Assembly: GCA_963719505.1 (NCBI GenBank)
Contig: CAVRCF010000004.1
Coordinates: forward strand, 64,001 to 128,000
DNA from: Halobacteriovoraceae bacterium
Lineage (GTDB): Bacteria; Bdellovibrionota; Bacteriovoracia; Bacteriovoracales; Bacteriovoracaceae
DNA length: 64,000 bases
Reading direction: 5' to 3'
The position numbers were made by a program, and so were the translations under genes. Positions 28,042 through 37,858 of the stretch are shown here, one piece after another; positions within the stretch are counted from its first letter, which is position 1, and each line of letters opens with the position of its first letter. Under the pieces are notes generated by a model. It worked only from the letters and a program-made list of their open reading frames with translations. It was not told the DNA's origin and searched no databases.

Positions 28042-29238
28042 ATGCATTCCACAGGACTTAAATCAAATATTCAAAAGATCTATGCCTTAAAGTTTTTTGG
28101 AATGTTTCTCGTTCTTATGCCAATTATAGTACCCTTTTTTCAGTCAAAGGGAATAGGCATGAAAGGCGTATACCTACTCCAGTCAATCTTTGCAATAACG
28201 GTTTTCATAATGGAGGTTCCCTCTGGTTATATTTCAGATCTTTTGGGAAGGAAGTCGACTCTTATTGTGGCAGGTTTTCTAAAAGCTGTTGGGTTCTCTT
28301 TATTTCCACTTGCGGATGATATCAATATTTTAATTTTTGCTGAAGTGATTCTTGGAATCGGAGCATCCTTGAGTTCTGGAACAGATATTGCCTTGATCTA
28401 TGATACGCTAGCGATAACGGCACCTAAAAAAGCTCACATAAAGATTTTGGGAAGGACCTTGTCTTACCTCTCTTTGGGTGAGGCTGTCGCGGCTTTTATT
28501 GCCTCGGTCCTGATGTTGTTGAGCGTGAATATGCAAAACTTGGCGATTGTATCTGCAGCAGTGAGCTGGATTCCTTTTTTTATAGCCTTTAGTTTATGTG
28601 AGCCTAAAAGAAAACTTATGAATTCAACTCATAGGGAAAATGCCACCTATATCTATCTAAAGCTTTTTAGAGAGTCTCAAGTGTTACGTCTCATTATTTT
28701 AAATTCAGTTCTCATCTCTTCCGGTACGCTTTTCGCCGTTTGGCTTTTTCAAAAATACTGGGAAAATATATCGATTCCGATTGTCTATTTTGGTTTTCTT
28801 TGGGCGATGACAAACTTGATTGTATCCGTCGTTAGCAAACGGGCCCATAAAATAGAGAAAAAATGGGGAAGTGCAAAGACTCTAGTCATCATTGGTATTC
28901 TTCCCATTATTGGATATTTCGGAATAGCATTGACCAACTCTGTCTTTGGTCTTGTTTTTTGTTTTTGTTTTCAGCTCACTCGAGGACTTGCACAAATAAT
29001 TTTAAAAGACGCCATCAATAGAAGAATTTCAGCCGATTTTCGAGCAACAGCAAATAGTGTTACTCAAATGGGTGTAAGAGTTCTCTTTGTCTTCTTTGGA
29101 CCACTCCTTGGCTTCATCATAGACCTGAAAGGATTAAGTTTCGCTTGTTTCATCATGGGATCTGCTTATATCGGTGTTTTTTGCTTTTCAACTCTTAGAC
29201 TTCTTTCTAAAAAATCAGAATTTATACCAATAAAATAA
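28042..29238 (+). CDS. MFS transporter
   Basis: EVPSGYISDLLGRK motif A; about 12 TM; RATANS. Confidence 0.9.
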   Translation: MHSTGLKSNIQKIYALKFFGMFLVLMPIIVPFFQSKGIGMKGVYLLQSIFAITVFIMEVPSGYISDLLGRKSTLIVAGFLKAVGFSLFPLADDINILIFAEVILGIGASLSSGTDIALIYDTLAITAPKKAHIKILGRTLSYLSLGEAVAAFIASVLMLLSVNMQNLAIVSAAVSWIPFFIAFSLCEPKRKLMNSTHRENATYIYLKLFRESQVLRLIILNSVLISSGTLFAVWLFQKYWENISIPIVYFGFLWAMTNLIVSVVSKRAHKIEKKWGSAKTLVIIGILPIIGYFGIALTNSVFGLVFCFCFQLTRGLAQIILKDAINRRISADFRATANSVTQMGVRVLFVFFGPLLGFIIDLKGLSFACFIMGSAYIGVFCFSTLRLLSKKSEFIPIK

Positions 29239-29239
29239 T

Positions 29240-30634
29240 TTACTTTAATTTCTCGTAGGCAGGCTGGATCTTTTCAAAATCAAAGCTCCAATTTGTAGTG
29301 GACTCAATTTCATTTTTAAATTGTCTCTTAGAGTGACCTAAAATAATAGCATCATAAAGAAAAGAAGCCTCTCTAATCATTTTCATTCTTAAACTTAAGA
29401 TGGGACTTCTAATTTTAAAATTTGGATAAAGAAGATTACCATCTCCGTTTCCTCCAAAGTTATAGGTATCTAGCAGAGGATTAACACCAAACCTGGAAAG
29501 TTTCCACTGCTCAATTGAGTTATAATAGAGCAGTCCAGTGATGGGGTACCGAAGAGATAAAAGATAAAACATGTAGATGTCCTGTGCGTCTGCTTCGATG
29601 GAGAGATCAGGAGTTCCTGTCTTGTCGTGAATCAGTCCTGGATTTGGATACTGCGGACTTGAAGTATACTCTCTCGATGGGCCACAGCCATGACTCATGC
29701 AACTGATGTACATCCACAACTCAGAACCCGCATCAATTATTTCCTTAGAACTTTGTTCATCTATATGTTCAGCGACGGGACAATAGATATCAATTTCAAG
29801 ATCAGAATTATAACTAGTCGTGACCATTGTAGATACACTGGGATGTCTTTTTTTAAGATCAGTGAGACTCTTTTTGAGGGCGACAAATTCATCACCAAAA
29901 GGCTCATCCCATACATAAAACCAAGGGTTTTTGAGAATGTTTTTACTTAGCAGCTTATCTATTTCGCCGTTGATTGGGATATTGGTTTGGGTTATTCCAT
30001 TTTTTGACACATATGTTTCAAATCGATCATGCCTTTTTTCATTATAGGGTTCAAGCCATGACTTAATAGGGCGAACTCTATGTTTAAGCGCTTCCCTATG
30101 GGCCTGTAAGGCAAGACTTTCGTCTTCTTTTTTATAAGTTCCACGGTTGAGACCGAGTGAATAGGCATAGGGCTCAATTGGAATAAACAGGTTGAGCTTT
30201 GGTTTAAGAGAGGACTTTTTTAGTTTATCAATGGAGATTTCAATATTTTCAAGTTTAAAGGACTCACTGGTTTCAAAAAAAGCGTAGTCAGTTCGTCCAC
30301 AGTTTTCTGCAGTCAGAGGCTTAAGGGCATCGTAGTAAATACCCGTAGCATAATCCCTTGCAGAGGGATGATCGATTTGAATTGGGAGTATGGCAAAGGC
30401 CAGTCCTTGGAGCTTACAAATTTCACCTGTAAAAATAAAGCCTGTCGTTTGATTTTTAAAAATAGTTCTTTTTAAAGTATCGACCCAATCATCTTTTTTT
30501 ATTTCGTGAGGCTTTTGAAGATAACGTGCAACTTTTAAAGGACCTCTTTTTATGAATGACTTTTTACTCGTTTGTTCTTTAGGGTTTTGGCAGGAAATGA
30601 AAATAAAAAGAAGGGCGAGGATTAGCTTTATCAT
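29240..30634 (-). CDS. Lipoprotein with DUF4091-like C-terminal domain
   Basis: Lipobox FISC; YVWDEP, GLLYY, NGDGNLLYP, SLRMKMIRE. Confidence 0.7.
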   Translation of the reverse strand: MIKLILALLFIFISCQNPKEQTSKKSFIKRGPLKVARYLQKPHEIKKDDWVDTLKRTIFKNQTTGFIFTGEICKLQGLAFAILPIQIDHPSARDYATGIYYDALKPLTAENCGRTDYAFFETSESFKLENIEISIDKLKKSSLKPKLNLFIPIEPYAYSLGLNRGTYKKEDESLALQAHREALKHRVRPIKSWLEPYNEKRHDRFETYVSKNGITQTNIPINGEIDKLLSKNILKNPWFYVWDEPFGDEFVALKKSLTDLKKRHPSVSTMVTTSYNSDLEIDIYCPVAEHIDEQSSKEIIDAGSELWMYISCMSHGCGPSREYTSSPQYPNPGLIHDKTGTPDLSIEADAQDIYMFYLLSLRYPITGLLYYNSIEQWKLSRFGVNPLLDTYNFGGNGDGNLLYPNFKIRSPILSLRMKMIREASFLYDAIILGHSKRQFKNEIESTTNWSFDFEKIQPAYEKLK

Positions 30635-30647
30635 AAGGAGTAGGGAT

Positions 30648-30673
30648 AAGCCCCCGATTAAATCGAGGGCTTT
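30648..30673 (-). terminator. Hairpin terminator after 30679-31095 gene
   Basis: AAGCCCCCGATT-aa-ATCGAGGGCTT imperfect stem. Confidence 0.55.
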
Positions 30674-30678
30674 ATATT

Positions 30679-31095
30679 TTATCTAAGTGTTGATCTACAG
30701 TTTGCAAAAGCTGATCTATGCGTATTGTTTTGTCTTACTCTCATTGTAAAGTTGTGGTTATCGTTTTCAAAAACTTGATTTGGAACTTCAAAAGTAATTC
30801 CTCTAATTCCTGAAAAATCTGTATTGATACATGTGCTATTTCCAGAACATCTTGCTCTATTGGTCCAAAGTCTATTGAAGACTTCGTAGCCTGGTCCAAA
30901 CATGTCTCTGATAACGAGAGTTGTTCCTGAAACATCTTCTTTTTCAACATTCATAAAATCTAGATCTGCTCTTCTGAAAACGACATTTCCAAAAGTACCC
31001 TCAACAACAAGCGGTCCACTAACACTACAGTTAATGTCTGCAGTTCCAGCAAAAACGGAAGTCGTAAGCATTAACGCTAAAATAAGCTTTTTCAT
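30679..31095 (-). CDS. Secreted hypothetical protein
   Basis: SD AAGGAG; signal peptide; 4 Cys. Confidence 0.75.
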   Translation of the reverse strand: MKKLILALMLTTSVFAGTADINCSVSGPLVVEGTFGNVVFRRADLDFMNVEKEDVSGTTLVIRDMFGPGYEVFNRLWTNRARCSGNSTCINTDFSGIRGITFEVPNQVFENDNHNFTMRVRQNNTHRSAFANCRSTLR

Positions 31096-31149
31096 AAAAT
31101 CTCCTTAAGGTTTTTTATCTTTTTTTCACACTCTGGCATTCAAGTCAAC

Positions 31150-31890
31150 TCAGTATGAGTTTGTTATATAGTATTCAAGTATTTGCACCAGCTCAATTTT
31201 CTTCTCTTTCAGGGTCTCTTTCTGGTCTTTATTCGTATTTGTGATCATTTGGCTTAGGAACTTAAAAAAACGCTCATTCAACTCATTGTTTTCATTGAGT
31301 GACTTGGTAAATAGAGCAAAAGCAGATTCAACCTGTTCGTAGGTCTTTGCTTTTTTCAGTGCCCTTTGAATTTTTAACCTTCTGTTTATTCTTTGTTTGG
31401 AAATATCTTTGAGAAGAGGCAGATTGCTTCTAATCAATTCTCGCTGACCATCATTGATATAGCCAAAAAAGCCATCGTATTTTTTGGCCACCGTTTTTAC
31501 TGTCATTTCATCAGCTTGTTCTTTAACGCTTTCGTTTTTCTCTTCTTGAAGCTTAAAAAACTCTTTCTTTTGTTCAACGGAAAGTTTGAAGTAGTATTTG
31601 GTAATAAGAGGCATCAATCTGTTGGTAATCTCTATGTATTGCTCTTTTAATCCTTCGATGGGGATGGGGCTATTGACATCCAGCTTGGAGATTTTCTTCT
31701 TGAGCAGCTTAGCTGTCTCTTTGTTTTGGTTGAGAAACTTTTTTACATCGACTCTCAGTTCGTCTTCTTGTTGGTCATTTAAGTTTAGTTCTCCGGCAAT
31801 TTTACTAGTCATAAGGTAGTCTAGCTTTGAGACGATGAGGCTTTTAAAAGAGCACGATGCTGATAGTAAGAGTATAAGGATTAATTTCAT
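31150..31890 (-). CDS. Lipoprotein (DUF6279-like helical protein)
   Basis: Lipobox SASC; LN.QQ and LS.EQ helical repeats. Confidence 0.6.
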   Translation of the reverse strand: MKLILILLLSASCSFKSLIVSKLDYLMTSKIAGELNLNDQQEDELRVDVKKFLNQNKETAKLLKKKISKLDVNSPIPIEGLKEQYIEITNRLMPLITKYYFKLSVEQKKEFFKLQEEKNESVKEQADEMTVKTVAKKYDGFFGYINDGQRELIRSNLPLLKDISKQRINRRLKIQRALKKAKTYEQVESAFALFTKSLNENNELNERFFKFLSQMITNTNKDQKETLKEKKIELVQILEYYITNSY

Positions 31891-32016
31891 AACTTTATCC
31901 TATCCAATAATGAACAAAATGTTGTGTAGATTAGTTCAAATTTGATTTTGGTGTACAGCGATATATCTATGGGTTAAGATGGAGGTTAATTTTTTTTTGG
32001 TCACTAAGGATTTGTT

Positions 32017-32853
32017 TTGTTATTAAAGTTGTTTTGCGTTGCACTGTTAGCCTTTCCTGTTTACTCACAAGTTTCGAGAAATTTTAATAAATCTTCACAG
32101 CCTAGGTTTGAAGGTGGTGTGGGCGCCATTGGTTTAAATATTCCAAACTACCCGGGAGCTGGCTCAAACACTGTTCGTTATATTCCTTTTCCTTGGATTA
32201 TTTATCGAAGCGATTTTCTTCATTCTGATGAAGAAGGGACGCGGGCAAAACTTATTCAATCTGAAAACTTTGAACTGGGACTCAGTGGTGGATTAAACTT
32301 TCCAATTGATTCGAATGCCAATTCCTCAAGAGAGGGAATGCCAGATACTGATATCCTGATTGGAGTTGGGCCAGCCCTCATCTATAGGATTGTAGAAGGG
32401 CACGATACGCATAAACTGACAGCTGGTTTAGGATTAAGGTTAAACCTCTCAATTGATGATCAGTGGGGATTAACACACCAAGGCTGGATTGTTGAACCAA
32501 ACCTTAGGTATTGGGCCACACTTACTGATAGCATTACTCTCTTTACAGGTTTAAGTTTTGCTTATGCCGATAAGAAATACAATCGTTTCTTCTACGAAGT
32601 TCCAGTGGAGTTTGCAACCTCTTCGAGAGAGGCCTATTCCGCTCAAGAAGGAACAGTAGATATCGCTGGATCCTTGGGTTTCTCTTACGACTACTCCAGT
32701 AAACTTGCTTTTTTTGCAGGCCAGTTCTACAGCAACCTCTCTACAGCATCGAATAAAGATTCACCCCTAGTCGAGAATATTCATAACAGTGGATACATCG
32801 TGGGTTTTAGATGGCAATTTTTTGAATCAGACGAAATGATAAAAAGAAAATAA
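32017..32853 (+). CDS. MipA/OmpV family outer membrane protein
   Basis: PNYPGA...PFP..YRS, REGMPD, Y.RFFYEV, DSPLVE. Confidence 0.85.
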   Translation: MLLKLFCVALLAFPVYSQVSRNFNKSSQPRFEGGVGAIGLNIPNYPGAGSNTVRYIPFPWIIYRSDFLHSDEEGTRAKLIQSENFELGLSGGLNFPIDSNANSSREGMPDTDILIGVGPALIYRIVEGHDTHKLTAGLGLRLNLSIDDQWGLTHQGWIVEPNLRYWATLTDSITLFTGLSFAYADKKYNRFFYEVPVEFATSSREAYSAQEGTVDIAGSLGFSYDYSSKLAFFAGQFYSNLSTASNKDSPLVENIHNSGYIVGFRWQFFESDEMIKRK

Positions 32854-32946
32854 AAATCTCTTTCCTGACTTTTTGACTCTGCTATTGCCCCCTTATTTTG
32901 TCTTACATTGACTAGAAAGATCGATTTCTTTGATCTAGCATTAGCT

Positions 32947-33615
32947 ATGAAAATTTTTATCCTACTTCTGTTGTGTTCTTTTAGTTCAGCCCTTTACGCT
33001 AATACCTGTTGTATTTGTCAAACGGGCGCCAAACCTGAAAATCAAACCCATTGGTTTAAAAAAGGTTGTCATGCTTGGTTATCTAAACAAAAGTCTTGCA
33101 CCAGTAAGAAGATTGTCGGCATTGAAAAAGATTCGATTATTGAAAGTGCGGCCAGCTGTGAAGATGGAAAAGTTAAACTTGGTTATGTTGGCCACTGGGG
33201 AAACTCTAATGAGTTGATTAATTTTATCGAAAACTCCTTGGCCCCCACCATTAAGTATTACAATGTCGAAGTTGATTACGATCAAACGGCTTGTACCTCT
33301 ATGAATAAGCCTCGTGTTATTGAGAGATTCTTCAAGACACTCAACTTGAATCGAAAACTGACAATTAAAGGCAATCAAGTTACAAGCACAGGTATCTGGG
33401 ACGATTATCTTCCACATAAAACAAATTTTTGGGCAAAGATTGATAGCGAAGAAAAAAAGATTGAGTTTCCAAGTTGCTCAGAATTTGAAAATAAGACCTG
33501 TTTTGGAAAATATCAAAAAAATGAATTCGGTAAATGTGTTGAAAGTGGCTCAATCGTAAAGCTATTTTGCGAAAAGGTTAGCTTTACAACTTATAAGTGG
33601 AAAAGAGATGAATAA
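32947..33615 (+). CDS. Secreted cysteine-rich hypothetical protein
   Basis: Signal peptide from ATG 32947; CCIC and further Cys; stop overlaps next start. Confidence 0.7.
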   Translation: MKIFILLLLCSFSSALYANTCCICQTGAKPENQTHWFKKGCHAWLSKQKSCTSKKIVGIEKDSIIESAASCEDGKVKLGYVGHWGNSNELINFIENSLAPTIKYYNVEVDYDQTACTSMNKPRVIERFFKTLNLNRKLTIKGNQVTSTGIWDDYLPHKTNFWAKIDSEEKKIEFPSCSEFENKTCFGKYQKNEFGKCVESGSIVKLFCEKVSFTTYKWKRDE

Positions 33616-35011
33616 ATTAATTGTCGGGTTACTTTTATTAAATATGAGTTTTGCCTCAGACCGTCTTCAGCGCTCTGAAACTGCGAAAACAGAACTTGAA
33701 AATTTAAATTTCTTTACCAAGGGTAGAGGGATGGTGATATCTCCTGATTTAATCAACATGTATGAAATTCTAAAAAAGACTGGCATAGGCTTAAGCACTA
33801 ATGGAATTTTAAATAAGCGTTGGGGATTGAATTTATTAGATAAAGAAGTAAAAGGACTTTTTAATATACCTTATAAAAATATGAATATGGGCGTTCTGGG
33901 ATGTGTGGCCTGTCACTCTGGAAGAGCAGCTGGTCAATGGATTATAGGTTTAGGTAACAAAAATATTGATGTTGGGCAGGTTGGTAAAGATGCCTATTTG
34001 GCCGAACTTATTTGGGGAATGGCACCAAGGCCTTCTAAACCAGAGTTTAGAGAAATTCACAACAGAGCACTGGCCTTCACGAAAATTTTAAAAAATGATA
34101 ATATTAATAATCTCACTCAAGGGCTTGTTCCAACCTCTTTGGTGAAAACTTGGTTTTATGAAATAAATGATGTTGAGATACCAAAACGATTTGGTAGGGG
34201 ACAAGTAAAAGTTCCCCATCTTTGGGGCTATGGAGAAAAAAGAAAAAGTGGCTCCTTTTGGGATGGTTTTGCCGATGGAGTCTATCCGGGCTGGGCCGTT
34301 GCCGTTGAGCTTAGAGGTGGTCAGTCTGTTGAAAACGTTAGAGGCTACGTAGATAAAGTTCATCATGCTGAAGATCTATTAGGCGACCTTCTTCCTCCTC
34401 GCTATCCCTTTGAGATCGATCAAGCTAGTGCCGCGAGAGGTTCAAAGACTTTTAATAAGTTTTGCATAAAATGTCACGGTGAACACGTAAGGGATGAGAA
34501 CGATCTACCTATTTTCAAAGAGTCAAAAGTGATTCCATGGAAGTATGTAAAAACTGATTATGAGAGGCTTGAATTTGTGACTGATGAGTTCTTGAGTTTA
34601 ATTGATAGCTCGCCCCTAAATGATCTTATGAAGTATAAAGACCGTGAAGGGAAAGGCTATGTCGCTCCAAGGCTTTGGGGTGTGTGGTCAAGGTTTCCCT
34701 ATCTCCACAATGGTTCAGTGCCTACTGTAAGAGACCTTTTAAGTTTACCAAAAGATAGACCAATTGTTTTCAATTTGCATAGAGCTGGAGAGTTGGATCG
34801 TTACGACCGTGAAAAATTTGGATTAATAGTTAATAGAGATCCCAATTCAAAGTCCTATAAAAAAATGCTTCGCGCGGCGAAACGAGGAAAGAGAAGTCTT
34901 TATTTTACTGAGAGAATGGGCCATGGCAATCAAGGTCATGCTTTTGAATTTTATAAAGAGTTAACGGAAGGTGATAAAGATGATCTGATAGAGCATCTCA
35001 AAACCTTATGA
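33608..35011 (+). CDS. Secreted di-heme c-type cytochrome, RoxA-like
   Basis: CVACH, CIKCH, GYVAPRLWGVW..PYLHNGSVPT, GNQGH.F, LIEHLKTL. Confidence 0.8.
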   Translation: MNKLIVGLLLLNMSFASDRLQRSETAKTELENLNFFTKGRGMVISPDLINMYEILKKTGIGLSTNGILNKRWGLNLLDKEVKGLFNIPYKNMNMGVLGCVACHSGRAAGQWIIGLGNKNIDVGQVGKDAYLAELIWGMAPRPSKPEFREIHNRALAFTKILKNDNINNLTQGLVPTSLVKTWFYEINDVEIPKRFGRGQVKVPHLWGYGEKRKSGSFWDGFADGVYPGWAVAVELRGGQSVENVRGYVDKVHHAEDLLGDLLPPRYPFEIDQASAARGSKTFNKFCIKCHGEHVRDENDLPIFKESKVIPWKYVKTDYERLEFVTDEFLSLIDSSPLNDLMKYKDREGKGYVAPRLWGVWSRFPYLHNGSVPTVRDLLSLPKDRPIVFNLHRAGELDRYDREKFGLIVNRDPNSKSYKKMLRAAKRGKRSLYFTERMGHGNQGHAFEFYKELTEGDKDDLIEHLKTL

Positions 35012-36096
35012 CCCAAAAACACTACCTTCATAAACTGGATTCTCTCAGAGGTATTGCGGCCTTTATGGTCGTTATTCTTCACTTCCAAGACTATCTCGCT
35101 CCGATTATAAATGAACTTCTGCTCAAAGTGACTCCCTTTATACATAGATCCTACATCTTAGTTGATATGTTTTTCATTCTCTCCGGGTTTGTCATGAGCT
35201 ATACGTATCATGAAAAATTCAAAGACGGTGTTAACCTTTCTAAATATAAAAAATTTATGCTTAAAAGGTTTTTCAAGTTATACCCTCTTCACATCGCAAC
35301 ATTTTTGTTTCTTGTTATTTTCCATCGTTTCTTTTTACCATTTTTTGATATCCCACCAAGTGATTTTGTTTTAAATCGAAACAATTTTCATATTTTGACA
35401 AATCTTACACTTTTGCAATCATCTGGTATTGGGTGGGGGGATTGTTTTAATTGTTCAAGCTGGAACTATCCTTCGTGGTCCATTTCTGTTGAGTGGATTA
35501 GCTATTTCTTCATTCCCTTATTGATGTGGATTTTTCGCCGAAATAAATTTTTAAGTTTTGGTCTGGTCTCCGTTTTGTATCTAGCTTTTTATTTTCTTGT
35601 CGAAGTTCCCATCGGAAATACAGATGTCCTAACACTAAGAGGTATTGTCAGATGTTTAATTGGTATGGCTTTTGGTATAAGTATTTTTTACCACGCTTAT
35701 AAAAAGTTCGAAGTAAAGAATGCTTTATTCTATCTCTCATTTTTTGTAGCCTTTCTCTCTTTGCACTTTGTTCCCATTGATACAATTTGTATTGTTTTGA
35801 TGGGTATAATGCTGATGCTAACTTCCAATCTTAAAGAAAGTAATTTTTTGGATTCTAAAGTCCTTCTATGGCTTGGTAAGAGATCTTTTTCCATCTATAT
35901 GGTTCATGTCTTAGTTCAAGACTCAGTCGACTTTGCCATTAGATTTGTCTTTGATAGAAGTCTTTATGACGCCAGCGCATGGCTGCAAATAATTGTTTTT
36001 TTAGGGGCCATTTGCCTCGTCTTTCTAGTCGCCGAGATAAGTTATAAACTGATAGAAAAACGACTTAATTCGTTCTTAAGAAGTAAGTTTTTGTAA
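35008..36096 (+). CDS. Acyltransferase-3 (OafA-like) membrane O-acyltransferase
   Basis: LDSLRGIAA..V...H, VDMFFILSGFV, R..KLYP, SWSISVE, GKRSFSIYMVH, SYKLIE. Confidence 0.92.
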   Translation: MTQKHYLHKLDSLRGIAAFMVVILHFQDYLAPIINELLLKVTPFIHRSYILVDMFFILSGFVMSYTYHEKFKDGVNLSKYKKFMLKRFFKLYPLHIATFLFLVIFHRFFLPFFDIPPSDFVLNRNNFHILTNLTLLQSSGIGWGDCFNCSSWNYPSWSISVEWISYFFIPLLMWIFRRNKFLSFGLVSVLYLAFYFLVEVPIGNTDVLTLRGIVRCLIGMAFGISIFYHAYKKFEVKNALFYLSFFVAFLSLHFVPIDTICIVLMGIMLMLTSNLKESNFLDSKVLLWLGKRSFSIYMVHVLVQDSVDFAIRFVFDRSLYDASAWLQIIVFLGAICLVFLVAEISYKLIEKRLNSFLRSKFL

Positions 36097-36201
36097 AAAA
36101 ATTTAGACATCTTTGTTTCTTTACATTTTTTGAGTCTTTGGTCATTATTTATTTATGCTCGAAAAATGAGCAGACAAATTTTTATGAACAAGGAACAGAT
36201 T

Positions 36202-36396
36202 ATGAGTACAGGTACAGTAAAATTTTTTAATGAAACGAAAGGTTTTGGTTTCATCACACAAGACGACAATGGAGAGGACCTTTTTGTTCACATCTCAGCA
36301 ATTGAAAGCGGAGAACTTCGTGAGAATGATAAGGTTGAGTACGAAGTTGGAGAGGGAAGGAAAGGTCCTTGTGCTGTAAATGTAAAAAAGCTTTAA
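36202..36396 (+). CDS. Cold-shock protein (CspA family)
   Basis: [28 protein letters not shown] before ATG 36202. Confidence 0.97.
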   Translation: MSTGTVKFFNETKGFGFITQDDNGEDLFVHISAIESGELRENDKVEYEVGEGRKGPCAVNVKKL

Positions 36397-36414
36397 ATAT
36401 TTTTTATATTGGAG

Positions 36415-36440
36415 AAGGAAGCTAGTAGGCTTCCTTTTTT
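36415..36440 (+). terminator. Rho-independent terminator of the csp gene
   Basis: AAGGAAGC-tagtag-GCTTCCTT followed by T run. Confidence 0.75.
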
Positions 36441-37108
36441 ATTTCGATCTCTTCAAGCTCTTCACTAATTTTATATTCCCATTTTTTATATGCAGGTAAT
36501 CTTTTTCTAAAAAATGGATAAACCATAAGTCCCGTAAAAACACCTATAAAAAATCCGATATAGTGAGCTAAATAGCTTGTCGTGGGTGAGTAGCTAGTAG
36601 GAACAAGTAAAATAAAAAAAATGGCCAAAACTTTTACCAGTCTTCTTGCAAAGCTAATAGTCTCATCAATAAATAGGTAGAGAACAAACCAAAAACCCCA
36701 AAGATAGTAGATGACGCCAGATATGCCAACAAGTGTTGTGTTGTCTTTAAAAGTATAGAGGACGCAAAGGTTAATAAACGCACCCATGACAAGACTTAAA
36801 GGAATTGAGACAAAATATCCATAAAAAGATGAAACAAAATATGTGAGAAATAAAAGCATGAGACTATTACTCAGAAGGTGTTCAATATCACCATGAGCGA
36901 AGAGGGTTGTAAAAAGTCTCCAATACTCCTTCGCCTTAAAAATATTTTCTGGATTGGCGCCAATCAATTTTGATAATTGAAAATCATCATTCCAATAGAA
37001 GAGACTTGTAATAATACAGGCCGAAAGAAAGAAAGCTGAAACAACCAGACCGAAGTTATACTTTTTTTTACTGAGATATGTGTCAACAAGTTTTGATTCA
37101 ATTATCAT
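36422..37108 (-). CDS. Rhomboid family intramembrane serine protease
   Basis: WRL, H.D.EHLLSN, GISG, AHY.G. Confidence 0.92.
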   Translation of the reverse strand: MIIESKLVDTYLSKKKYNFGLVVSAFFLSACIITSLFYWNDDFQLSKLIGANPENIFKAKEYWRLFTTLFAHGDIEHLLSNSLMLLFLTYFVSSFYGYFVSIPLSLVMGAFINLCVLYTFKDNTTLVGISGVIYYLWGFWFVLYLFIDETISFARRLVKVLAIFFILLVPTSYSPTTSYLAHYIGFFIGVFTGLMVYPFFRKRLPAYKKWEYKISEELEEIEIKKEAY

Positions 37109-37366
37109 GTTAAGAATATGAGGTTGAAAAGATTTTTGTCAACCTTCAGCCCCTTTGCCAATATATCATTTTAGAGACATTGAATTCACAGATAAACGTT
37201 CGATAGGGACAAAGAAAACAAAACCCTTATGATCTTTTATCCTTATATTTCAAGTATTTGAGGGAGTCTCAAAGGACTTAAATTTCTCTGAGAGAGTCTA
37301 TGTAAATTATTTATAGAGGTTTGATTTTGGGTGGTCAGTTGATTTTGGTTGTGCTACGTTGCGCAA

Positions 37367-37858
37367 ATGAAAACTATAGATACAAAAACTCCAAAAAAGA
37401 AGAATCCTGCACCTATTGATCCAGGGGCCCATAACTTTGGCCGCCTAAGTCGTGAGGATAGGTTTACCACTGTTTATATTGGCAATATGTCTTATGAAAA
37501 AGATGAGTTTGAGATTAAAAAGCTTTTTTCAACCTACGGAAAAGTAACTTATGTAAGGCTTGTTAAAGATCAAAAAACCAGTAGAAGTAAAGGGTTTGCT
37601 TTTGTTCAAATGCCTACTGAAAAGGATGCTCTCTATGCTATCGAGAGGCTAAATGGATCGAAGATGGATGGCAGAACTTTAAAAGTTTCTGTAGCCGTTG
37701 AGAACGATACGATTATTAAAACAAGAAATGGTGAACCTACAAGTGGCCCTATCAAAAGAGTTAAAGGTGAAGATGCTCCTGAGGTTGAAGCACCAAGAAA
37801 CAGAAGAAGAGATAAGAAAAAAGGCCTTGACCTTTTATTCGAAAATACTAGATCTTAA
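37367..37858 (+). CDS. RRM (RNP-1) RNA-binding protein
   Basis: VYIGNM (RNP2), KGFAFVQM (RNP1), GRTLKV; start re-assigned to ATG 37367. Confidence 0.92.
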   Translation: MKTIDTKTPKKKNPAPIDPGAHNFGRLSREDRFTTVYIGNMSYEKDEFEIKKLFSTYGKVTYVRLVKDQKTSRSKGFAFVQMPTEKDALYAIERLNGSKMDGRTLKVSVAVENDTIIKTRNGEPTSGPIKRVKGEDAPEVEAPRNRRRDKKKGLDLLFENTRS

